Virus record (IMG/VR): IMGVR_UViG_3300029858_000001
Coordinates: 27,123-91,122 of that record
Reading direction: 5' to 3' (one strand)
Origin: a virus
Length of the DNA stretch: 64,000 nt
In this document: positions 22,075-30,766 of the stretch, piece by piece
How positions within the stretch are numbered: position 1 is the stretch's first letter
Layout of the letters: every line of letters starts with the position of its first letter
Made by a program: the position numbers and the translations under genes
Notes under the pieces: model-generated
What the model saw: only the letters and a program-made list of their open reading frames with translations
Told to the model about the DNA's origin: nothing
The model's database searches: none

Positions 22075-22160
22075 GCCGGTGTGGTGGAATGGTAGACACA
22101 AGGGACTTAAAATCCCTCGGTGGCAACACCATGCGGGTTCGAGTCCCGCCACCGGCACCA
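22075..22160 (+). tRNA. tRNA-Leu(UAA), type II
   Basis: Acceptor GCCGGTG/CACCGGC, anticodon loop CTTAAAA, long variable arm, T-arm GCGGG-TTCGAGT-CCCGC, CCA encoded. Confidence 0.7.
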
Positions 22161-22164
22161 TTAA

Positions 22165-22415
22165 ACAATAGTAGCTAACGGCAGTTGAATAGACGGGTCG
22201 GGGCTAACATAGAAAGGTTAGCAGGTAGTGCGGCGGTAGGTAACAAATCCGCAAGTCGAAATGAGTTGGGAAATCCAAATGATACGGCTTAGATGTTTTC
22301 CTCACTTGAGGTTTGGATGGAGATTTTAGGCAAAGGATAACAACCTTTGACTGCCATCCTGTAAAGCGACCATGAAACAGGGTCATAGCTACCATACTAT
22401 TGTTTATTAATACCA
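22165..22415 (+). ncRNA. Second GC-balanced non-coding stretch between tRNA-Leu and tRNA-Gly (small structured RNA candidate)
   Basis: About 250 nt with no credible ORF. The minus-strand track ORF 22204-22416 has no RBS and lies in the tRNA island. Several complementary segments are visible, for example GGTTAGC..GCTAAC and CCAAAT..ATTTGG. Confidence 0.3.
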
Positions 22416-22420
22416 AATAT

Positions 22421-22494
22421 CCAGGATTAGTTTAATGGTAAAACTGGTGATTTCCAATCATCTGTTGGGAGTTCAATTCTCCTATCCTGGTCCA
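22421..22494 (+). tRNA. tRNA-Gly(UCC)
   Basis: Acceptor CCAGGAT/ATCCTGG, D-stem GTTT/AAAC, anticodon stem GGTGA/TCATC with loop TTTCCAA, T-arm GGGAG-TTCAATT-CTCCT, CCA. Confidence 0.65.
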
Positions 22495-22631
22495 CTAAGA
22501 TTCTAATATTGTCATCCTCCTTTTGTTTGTTTGGTGTTTCTTTGGAAAAGATGGGTAAGTTCTAATAATGAACTTACCCATCTTTTTATTATTAGAAGAA
22601 GTATAAAAAGATAAAACGGAGGAGTGAATAT

Positions 22632-25223
22632 ATGAATAGATATATTGTTGTAAATACTAAAGCTAAAAACTCTGCTGTTTGGGAAACTATTGGAGATAAT
22701 TACACTCCTTCTAAAGGAGAAGTGTGTATTATAGTTCCTCCAAGTGATAAAATAGATACCACTAAGGAACCGACTTCAACAGACACAACAAGCTCTAATA
22801 TTATATATACAACAGATGATAATGGAAATTTAACTCTCCATACTGAGACTGCTGATAGAAATAAAGTAGCACCAGTAGCAATAAAAATTGGTGATGGTTC
22901 TACAATATTTAGAAACTTACCAACTTTAACCAGCGGCAACGTTTAGGGAGATTGGACTACAGTTGATCCAACAGATCCAAGTTATATTCATAATAAACCT
23001 ATTATGAATGATGATTTATTCCAATAGAGCGAAGAAAAAACTTTATTAATTCCTTCATCAAGCGTTTATGATGAAAAAAAGCAATTAATAACTATAGGTC
23101 TATTGGATTTGTTTAATATTACTTACGCCGATAAACCTTAGACTAATGACAACACTCTTACTAATGCAGAAAAAGCTGCTTTAAAATATGTCATTGCAGC
23201 AGGTTCTTATGACTTAAAAGATAAAACAAATATAAATACTAAAATATTTACTGAAAATATTTAGAATAGAGTTAATGTTATAACAAAATTAAGAAATTAT
23301 TGTGGTATTAATTCTGACATAACAATTTCTGAAGAAAATTTTGCTTATATGTCAAATCTATTACAAAATGGAACAGCGGAAATTGAATTAAATAAAAAAG
23401 AATTATTATTAACAGAATTAGATAAATTAATTACTCTTGAAAATATTGTTCCCATAATGAATATAACCGTTAAGGATTAGACTAATATAAAAACATTCCA
23501 TCAAGAAGAATATATTAAAATTAGCGATCATTATTTTCATCCTAACGATTTATTAATTTATAACGATAATAACTGGGGCTATTATGAAATACATATGTTT
23601 GGTTAGACAGCTCCATTTTATGCCAATGAAATTCAGTATCTTAGTTATTTAATTAATAATAATTTAACTTATGATACTTATTTAGAATATAATGTTCTTT
23701 TACAAACTTTATTAAAAACAAAAATAAATAATTATATTTCAGAAAGTAAATATAAAAATTATTTATTAACTAAATTATAGAATATTGTTCCTGATGCTTT
23801 TAATAATGTAGACAATATTGATGATAGAATAAAAAATATTAATAGATTAATAGATCAGTACAATCAAAATACTGATAATCCTTTAGATAAATATGATTTA
23901 TCTAATGAAAGTTTAAATACTAAAATAGAATTTATCATTAACTATTTAAATAATAAAACTCCATTAACTACTGATTTATCTTCTGAAGATAAAGAAGCTT
24001 TAGTTAAAGTAATTAATGATAATAATATTAGTAATTTAGAAATAAATAAACAACCTCGTTTTTGGTTCTATAAGTCTAATATCTTGAAAACTAAAGAGAA
24101 ACAAACATTAACATAGATTATTAAAGATAATTTATATATTTATAATAATCGTTTTACTTTAGAAGAATAGGATATTCTTATTAAAGCTATTGAAGGAAAA
24201 AGATTTACAGATAATTAGGTTTTAAAATTAAATTCAGGATTTAATACTCAATTAGCTAATAAAATTCGTTTAAATTCTGATATTACAGTTAATAATGGTA
24301 AAAATTTTTTGATTGAGCGTATTATGCTTAATTATAAACAAGATGAAAATGGTGTTCCTATTTTTGAATATATTTTAAATGGTGATGAAGAAGCTCAATT
24401 ATTAAAGCAAGTATAGATTTCTAAAAATGCTTTAAGTAATAGTTTGGGCGAAACTGAAATAGTAGCAATTACTGAAGAAATTTTAAATGATCTAATTCAA
24501 GAATTATCTTTAGATAAAGACAATACTATCATCGAAGGATTTGAAGGAGAAAATATTTATTATGAAATTAATAATGAAATTATTCTTAATCCAGTAGATA
24601 GAGCAATTTATATGCGATTAGATAGTTTAAAAGGATATTTAAAATAGACTAAAAACTTAGAGATTATATTCCATTATAAAAAACGTAGTTTTAATACAAC
24701 TTATTTATCTGATTTAGCCAGTGACTGGAATGAAAATGATCCTGAAAATCCTGGATATATCGCGCATAGATTTATTTATCAAGATGATCAAGGTCGAGTT
24801 GTTTATGATCCAACCTCTTGGTTTTATAGATGGCTAGTTAATTTAATTAATAATAAGATAGAGGCTTGGTATGAAAAAGAATTAAAAGATCGTTTAAATA
24901 AAATGGAACAAGATATTGATAATTTAAAGAAACGGTGCGATAATCTACAAAAGTAGATTGATGAAATTAAGTTAAATAACCAAGATACTTATATTTTTAA
25001 CCGCTTAAAAAATCTTATTGTATCTCAACCTGAGCGTCCTATTTTATCTAAAGACTTTTTCCCAAAAATTTGGATTTGTACAGATACTCAATCTGGTTAT
25101 GGTCTTATCTATTGGCGTCAAGGCGGAGAAGATGCTGCAGGTCATTATGATGGAACTGCTTCTGATGCAGTTAAATGGACTCCAATTTCTGCAATTTGGT
25201 CGCCTGATACTTTAACTACTTGA
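22632..25223 (+). CDS. Large tail fiber / receptor-binding protein (about 860 aa) with N-terminal IKIGDGSTIFRNLP adaptor module; more than 15 in-frame TAGs
   Basis: RBS GGAGG. Frame-0 reading is continuous from 22632 through track ORF 24444-24647 to TGA at 25221, with no TAA/TGA in between. Confidence 0.6.
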
Positions 25224-25239
25224 AAGGAGGAATTAATTA

Positions 25240-26121
25240 ATGAATAAAAATTACTCATTTCATATAGGTACTTCGACAAAACTAACTTATAATCCAGAAG
25301 CTGATTATAATAAAGCTGGATCTATTTTATTTACTAAAGATACAAATGAATTATTTATTAATATTGATAATGTTTCTTCTGATGCTAAAGAGTATCGTAA
25401 ATAGGTAAACAGCTTATATTCTACGGCTGTAAAAGGAGTAGATAGTGATAATAAGCCTTTAATATTTAATGCTACTACTTTGAATGAAATGTATGGAAAA
25501 ATTAATGACCATACTGAAAAGTTAAATAAGAAAATGAATATGGTAGATCCGCAAGGATCTGGAAATTTCAATTTCGGTCAAAATAATAGTATAAATAGTG
25601 ATTCTACAAATTCAATAGTTGCAGGACAGTTTTTGAATTAGGGATAGAATAATTCTGATAGTATTACTAGCGGACGATATAATGTCTCAGTAAATAATGC
25701 TTTATTAACTATTGGCTCAGGTACTGGCGAGAATAGTAGAAAAAATGCTTTTACTATAATCTCTTCTAATGATTTAAATTGCGGTATTTTTTCTAATGAT
25801 TTGTATATTAATACTGGTGGTAATACAACCAGCAAGCCTAATGATAATTTAAAAGTATTAACTTCTGCTGAAATAGATAAAAAAATTTCTGACGCAAAAA
25901 CAGATTTAGAAAGTCAAATTAATGATTTAAGTCCTAGCCCAATTTATAAATCCGCTTCTGCTCCGGAAGAAAATACATCATTATCTTCTAAAGACCTAGA
26001 AAAAATACATCAACTTTTCTGGCTGAATACTTCTAAGGGTAATGGCGTTTTAAACTATTGGTAGCCCAATACTACAGGAGATAGCGGAAAATGGATAGAA
26101 GTATCTGCTATCTTTACTTAA
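25240..26121 (+). CDS. Tail fiber-associated protein
   Basis: RBS AAAGGAGG and ATG at 25240. It reads through TAG at 25399, ~25641, ~25650 and 26062, includes track ORF 25801-26064, and ends at TAA 26119. Confidence 0.5.
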
Positions 26122-26124
26122 AAT

Positions 26125-26165
26125 TTTACTTTCAAAAAAAAATATTATATAATTTATAAAGAAAT
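26125..26165 (+). promoter_or_regulatory. Conserved promoter motif (..AAAAAAAAATATTATATAATTTATAAAGAAA) followed by a leader hairpin
   Basis: Same motif family. Hairpin AAGGGGAAC..GTTCCCC follows at 26168-26190. Confidence 0.55.
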
Positions 26166-26229
26166 TAAGGGGAACTTAATTGTTCCCCAATTTCTATTTT
26201 TATAAAAGAATCAAAGGAGAAAAAATATT

Positions 26230-27366
26230 ATGAAGAAGTTTATTGCTATTATTATGGCAGTAATTATGGTTATGTCATTTGCTACCATTGCTTTCGCAGC
26301 AAATGGATTTACTGATGTATCCAAAAGTAAGTATGAAACGGCGATTAATGAACTTTATGATCTTGGTATTGTAAATGGATATAGTGCAACTAAGTTTGGT
26401 ACTGATTATACACTTACTCGTGCTGAGGCTTGTGCTATCATTGTTCGTGCGCTTTATGGTGAAAAGACTGTACCTGATGTAATTAATTTTACTGATGTAT
26501 CTTATCGTGATTGGTTCTATGATTATGTTAATACCGCTGTGTATTATGATATTATGCATGGTCATAATGCTACAACTTTTGCTCCTAATGATGAGATTAC
26601 ATATGATCAAATGGCTACTCTTATTCTAAATGCTCTTGGCTATAATGCTCCACGGCTTTCAGGCGAATGGCCTACCAACGTAAGAACTATTACTAATCGT
26701 TTGAATCTTTATACTAATCTTTCTTATTTTATTGATGGATCTGAATATATCACTCGTGGTGAAGCTTGTCAGATGCTTTATAATGCCCTTGATTGTTATG
26801 TAGTTGAATATGTAAATTCTCGAATCGTAGAAACCGATTATACTCTATATGAAAAGATGGGCTTTAGTTATGAACCAGAATATATTTATGTTACTGGCAC
26901 TATTACAGACATCGTTAATGTAAGTGATTATTATCGCACCAATACTTATTATTACCTTATCACATTAAATGATTATAATACTTATTTGGTAAATAGTGAT
27001 ACTAAACTTGATGTTAAGGATTATATCGAAATTTATACTGATAAGAAAACTGCTTATTATAATGATTATCTTTGGGTAGTTTCTTATGTTAGTAAGAATA
27101 TCGCTGATCCCTCATACATTCAAGGAATTGTTGAAAAAGTGGTAATTGATCCTACGACAGATCCTTACGATGATGGAGTTTATATTTGGACTACTTATTT
27201 TGTAACTATCAAAGATAAGGGAACTTTTGTAGTTTATACTTATAACCTTTTCAATGCTGAAGATACTGTTATTTTGACTCCTGTTGTTGGCAGTACTCAT
27301 TATAATTTAACGGTTATTGAAAGAGCTGATTCTGGTATTATTGACCCTGGTTTTCCTGTGGGTTAA
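26230..27366 (+). CDS. Secreted S-layer-homology (SLH) domain protein
   Basis: N-terminal signal peptide MKKFIAIIMAVIMVMSFATIAFA. Repeated SLH-like segments are FTDVSKS..AINELYDLGIVNGY and FTDVSYRDWFYDYV...HGH. It is TAG-free and a terminator follows. Confidence 0.65.
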   Translation: MKKFIAIIMAVIMVMSFATIAFAANGFTDVSKSKYETAINELYDLGIVNGYSATKFGTDYTLTRAEACAIIVRALYGEKTVPDVINFTDVSYRDWFYDYVNTAVYYDIMHGHNATTFAPNDEITYDQMATLILNALGYNAPRLSGEWPTNVRTITNRLNLYTNLSYFIDGSEYITRGEACQMLYNALDCYVVEYVNSRIVETDYTLYEKMGFSYEPEYIYVTGTITDIVNVSDYYRTNTYYYLITLNDYNTYLVNSDTKLDVKDYIEIYTDKKTAYYNDYLWVVSYVSKNIADPSYIQGIVEKVVIDPTTDPYDDGVYIWTTYFVTIKDKGTFVVYTYNLFNAEDTVILTPVVGSTHYNLTVIERADSGIIDPGFPVG

Positions 27367-27374
27367 TTAATCTA

Positions 27375-27412
27375 AAAGGACTGAAGAAATTCAGTCCTTT
27401 ATTTTTTTTTGT
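27375..27412 (+). terminator. Rho-independent terminator
   Basis: AAAGGACTGAAGAAATTCAGTCCTTT followed by a T10 run. Confidence 0.75.
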
Positions 27413-27414
27413 AT

Positions 27415-27455
27415 TTTTATAAAAAAATATATTATAATATATTTATAGAATAAAG
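27415..27455 (+). promoter_or_regulatory. Conserved promoter motif (AAAAAAATATATTATAATATATTTATAGAATAAAGAAGG)
   Basis: Same motif family. Confidence 0.5.
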
Positions 27456-27467
27456 AAGGGAAATAAT

Positions 27468-27704
27468 ATGAAAAAAATCTTAATTGATGCTCCTCTTGAA
27501 TATGTAGCTGGTCATTTACGCTATGGTCATTTAGAAGGAGTTATAGAAATATCTGATGAAGAATTTGAAAAATTTAAAAAAAATCCAATTGATTTCCTTT
27601 ATGATAATGAATACATAGATGAATTGGACCTTTTAATTGATGATTGGAGAGTTGAGGATCGCGGTCCAATTGATAGGGTTGAATGGTCGGAGTGTGAATC
27701 GTAA
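27468..27704 (+). CDS. Hypothetical protein
   Basis: Complete TAG-free track ORF. Confidence 0.5.
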   Translation: MKKILIDAPLEYVAGHLRYGHLEGVIEISDEEFEKFKKNPIDFLYDNEYIDELDLLIDDWRVEDRGPIDRVEWSECES

Positions 27705-28567
27705 TGGCTGTAAATAGATATACTAAAGTTAAAGAAGACTGGTCTGGTGAAAATTTTGGTAATAATTGGACTATAGTTAAAAAATTATCTTGTTCTGAAT
27801 ATCGTAAAATTTATGAAGAAATGACTGGAGATAATACAAAAATAATTAAAAATTCTCATTATCTTTGTCATAATAATAATTGCGGAGTCGATACTTATCT
27901 TGAAAGAACTGTAATTGAAAGAGCGAAAAAAAATGGTATTTTGAGTAAATGTAAAGGGTGTGCTGGTATTGTCACTAGCAATTGTTGGTATAGCACTCTT
28001 TGTAGACAGAAAAATTTAACTAAAGTTCCTGATAGAACAGTAAAAGTCAAAGTTGGAGATACTTTTGGCTTTTGGAAAGTTTTAGAAATTTATAATAGTA
28101 GTGCTTCTACTGATCATCAGATTAGAGCAAAATGTCAATGTAAAAATTGCGGAGAAATTAAGGATATTCGTTTAGATACTCTTCAAAATAAAGATGCTAA
28201 ATGTGAATGTTTTAAAAACCGCAGTACCGGAGAACAATTAGTTAAAGAGTATTTAGATAAAAACAATATAAAATATAAATCTGAATATAAATTTCCTAAT
28301 TTAACAGGATTAGGACATGGTAATTTACGTTATGATTTTGCCATTTTAAACAATGAAAATAAAGTAACAAAATTAATTGAATTTGATGGTGAACAGCATT
28401 TTCAAGAAGCTGGAAGTTATTATAATGAAACTGGTCAAGTTCAAATCCATGATGCAATCAAAGATGAATTTGCAAAAATAAATAATATTCCTTTATTGCG
28501 TATTGCTTATTTTGAAAAAAATGAAATTGATAGTAAGTTAAATGATTTTTTATTTGAAATTTTATAA
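27704..28567 (+). CDS. Putative endonuclease with Cys-rich N-terminus and Vsr/DUF559-like PD-(D/E)XK C-terminal domain
   Basis: C-terminus LRYDFAILNN..KLIEFDGEQHF...IHDAIKDEFAKINNIPLLRIAYFE resembles the Vsr/DUF559 endonuclease fold. TAG-free. Confidence 0.45.
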   Translation: MAVNRYTKVKEDWSGENFGNNWTIVKKLSCSEYRKIYEEMTGDNTKIIKNSHYLCHNNNCGVDTYLERTVIERAKKNGILSKCKGCAGIVTSNCWYSTLCRQKNLTKVPDRTVKVKVGDTFGFWKVLEIYNSSASTDHQIRAKCQCKNCGEIKDIRLDTLQNKDAKCECFKNRSTGEQLVKEYLDKNNIKYKSEYKFPNLTGLGHGNLRYDFAILNNENKVTKLIEFDGEQHFQEAGSYYNETGQVQIHDAIKDEFAKINNIPLLRIAYFEKNEIDSKLNDFLFEIL

Positions 28568-28600
28568 AAAATATAATATAATTTATATAGAAAATAAATG
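28562..28600 (+). promoter_or_regulatory. Conserved promoter motif (AAAAAATATAATATAATTTATATAGAAAATAAATGAG) plus leader hairpin
   Basis: Same motif family. Hairpin TCCTCTTGTCCAAGAGGA follows. Confidence 0.5.
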
Positions 28601-28651
28601 AGAAATTTCCTCTTGTCCAAGAGGAGTCAATGAGAAAAAGGAGATTTAATT

Positions 28652-30190
28652 ATGAATAAATTTATGAATGGTATCAATGCAATGGAAAATACTATTACTA
28701 CTGAAAATGGCGCAACTGCGTATGGTTCTACTCTTACTGCCCTTTATGATATGTTTGCTCTTGGTGGTAGCTATCGTTCCAGAAGTGATGATGATTGTAT
28801 TTTCCTTTTTAAAAAGGCTTTTGAAGAAAATGAACCTTATGCATTGAAGTGCCTTTTCTATCTGCGTGATGTACGTGGCGGCCAGGGTGAACGTAGATTC
28901 TTCCGCGTTTGTATGAAGTGGCTGGCTACTCAGAATATTGATGCGGCAAAGCGCAATTTGAAATATGTTCCTGAATTTGGACGTTGGGATGATTTGTATC
29001 TGTTTGTCGGCACTCCTTGCCAGGATGAAGCATTTAAGTTTATGAAGGAACAGCTTGCATTGGATCTTACTTGTAAAACTCCTTCTCTTCTGGCTAAGTG
29101 GCTGAAGTCTGAAAATACCAGTTCTCAGGAATCTCGTGAACTTGCTTCTAAAACTCGTCGTTATCTGGGTATGACTTCTAAGCAGTATCGTAAAACTCTT
29201 TCTGTTCTGCGTGAACGTATTAACGTTCTTGAACGTCTTATGTCCGCAGGTAAATGGGATGAAATTGAATTTGATAAGATTCCTTCTCGTGCCGGCTTCC
29301 TTTATAAAAATGCTTTTGCCAGACATGATGTTGAACGTGCAAAGGCAGGAGCAAAAACCTATGAAGATTTTGCCAAGGATACTACCACTAAGGTAAATGC
29401 TAAAACTCTTTATCCTTATGAATGTGTAGAAAAGGCTCGTGAAGCAATGGGATGTGGTTATAGCTGGTTCGGCTATAGAACTCCTACTACTAATACTGTT
29501 GATCGTCTGATGGTCAATAAGTATTGGGAAAATCTTGCTGATTATATCAATGGGGCAGCTTTTAATGGTATTGCCATCGTAGATACTTCTGGTTCTATGT
29601 GTGGTAGTGGTTATGGTAATCGTACTGTAGCTCCTATTGATGTTGCCATCTCTATTGGTATGTATTGTGCTGAAAAAAATCGTGGACCTTATGCTGGTCA
29701 TTTCTTGACCTTCAATAGTCAGCCTAAATTCATGAAGGTTGAAGGCATTGATTTCTGTGATAAGGTTAGTCGTATTCTTCAGGCTCCTTGGGGCGGTAGC
29801 ACTAATATCGAAGCAGCATTTGATTTGATTCTACAGATTGCCATTGATAATAATTGTTCTTCTGATGAAATTCCTCAGAATTTGATTGTCATTTCTGATA
29901 TGGAATTTAACAGTTGTGTAACCAGTAATAATTATCGTTTTTCTGCGACTGATGCTTCTTTGTTTGAAAAAATGAGAGCTAAGTGGGAAAGTTATGGTTA
30001 TAAAATGCCTAAGCTGGTATTCTGGAATGTCGATGCTCGTCAGGATAATTTTGCGATGAAGGATGAAAAGAATGTGTCTTATGTCTCTGGCTTCTCTCCT
30101 GTTCTTTTTGAACAGATTATGAAGGGTAAGACAGCACAGGATTTGATGTACGATAAACTTAATGATAAGCGTTACGCTTGTATTAAGTAA
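28652..30190 (+). CDS. TROVE-like + von Willebrand A (MIDAS) domain protein, Ro60/TEP1-like architecture (DUF2828-type)
   Basis: 512-aa TAG-free ORF with higher GC. The N-terminal alpha-helical region carries YLRDVRGGQGERRFFR. The C-terminal vWA domain has MIDAS IAIVDTSGSMCGSG. The TROVE assignment is from family recall and not computed. Confidence 0.55.
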   Translation: MNKFMNGINAMENTITTENGATAYGSTLTALYDMFALGGSYRSRSDDDCIFLFKKAFEENEPYALKCLFYLRDVRGGQGERRFFRVCMKWLATQNIDAAKRNLKYVPEFGRWDDLYLFVGTPCQDEAFKFMKEQLALDLTCKTPSLLAKWLKSENTSSQESRELASKTRRYLGMTSKQYRKTLSVLRERINVLERLMSAGKWDEIEFDKIPSRAGFLYKNAFARHDVERAKAGAKTYEDFAKDTTTKVNAKTLYPYECVEKAREAMGCGYSWFGYRTPTTNTVDRLMVNKYWENLADYINGAAFNGIAIVDTSGSMCGSGYGNRTVAPIDVAISIGMYCAEKNRGPYAGHFLTFNSQPKFMKVEGIDFCDKVSRILQAPWGGSTNIEAAFDLILQIAIDNNCSSDEIPQNLIVISDMEFNSCVTSNNYRFSATDASLFEKMRAKWESYGYKMPKLVFWNVDARQDNFAMKDEKNVSYVSGFSPVLFEQIMKGKTAQDLMYDKLNDKRYACIK

Positions 30191-30195
30191 TTTAT

Positions 30196-30222
30196 AAGGC
30201 GGAGCAATCCGCCTTATTTTTA
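30196..30222 (+). terminator. Rho-independent terminator
   Basis: AAGGCGGAGCAATCCGCCTT followed by ATTTTTAT. Confidence 0.7.
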
Positions 30223-30238
30223 TATAAGGGAGAAAATA

Positions 30239-30550
30239 ATGACATATAATCAAAGATTGCTTTAGCGTAGAGATACATTAGTTAATTGGATAAATAGTAA
30301 TCCTGTTTTATTAGACGGAGAATTGGGTTTTATAGAGATTAATGGAAATTATACATAGATGGTTATTGGAGACGGAAAACGTTCTTTTAATAATCTACCT
30401 AAAATAAAATTAAACTTCGATGAACCTGTGACTAAAATAAAATTAGACTCTGACGAATTTACAATTTGCTCTTACTCAACTAATTCTAGCTCCATTGTAG
30501 CTAACAAAAATTTATTCCCTTGGGTAGAAGATGATTATTTTATTTTTTAA
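30239..30550 (+). CDS. Small adaptor-module protein (VIGDGKRSFNNLPKIK); three in-frame TAGs
   Basis: ATG at 30239, reads through TAGs into track ORF 30359-30550, TAA stop. Confidence 0.4.
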
Positions 30551-30590
30551 TTAAAATTTTATATAATATATATAGAAAATAAAGAAAGGA
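30545..30590 (+). promoter_or_regulatory. Conserved promoter motif (TTTATATAATATATATAGAAAATAAAGAAAGG)
   Basis: Same motif family, directly upstream of a 53-aa ORF and the MVP gene. Confidence 0.55.
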
Positions 30591-30599
30591 ATAATTCTT

Positions 30600-30761
30600 A
30601 TGTCTATTATTTTTGATAAATTTGTTCGTTTTACTAATCCGCGTACTGGTAAGATTGAAATTGGAGAAATTATTTCTTCCAATAGCAAAGCAATTGTTAT
30701 TAAAAGTTATAATCACATTTGTGTTATTCCCACAAACGAAGTTAATAAATATGAGGATTAA
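30600..30761 (+). CDS. Small hypothetical protein (53 aa)
   Basis: ATG 25 nt after the promoter motif. Too short for the ORF track. TAA stop 5 nt before the MVP start. Confidence 0.35.
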   Translation: MSIIFDKFVRFTNPRTGKIEIGEIISSNSKAIVIKSYNHICVIPTNEVNKYED

Positions 30762-30766
30762 AAATT

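Noticed and set aside
22204-22416. Minus-strand 70-aa ORF inside the tRNA island
   Set aside because: No RBS, opposite to every other gene, and within the GC-balanced non-coding spacer between tRNA-Leu and tRNA-Gly. More likely structured RNA.
28646-29701. 351-aa minus-strand ORF antisense to the TROVE/vWA gene, plus other long minus ORFs (31130-32296, 32411-32995, 37172-37813, 55249-56145)
   Set aside because: Low-complexity Ile/Ser/Phe-rich antisense shadows of AT-poor plus-strand genes. No RBS. The plus-strand genes have clear domain signatures.
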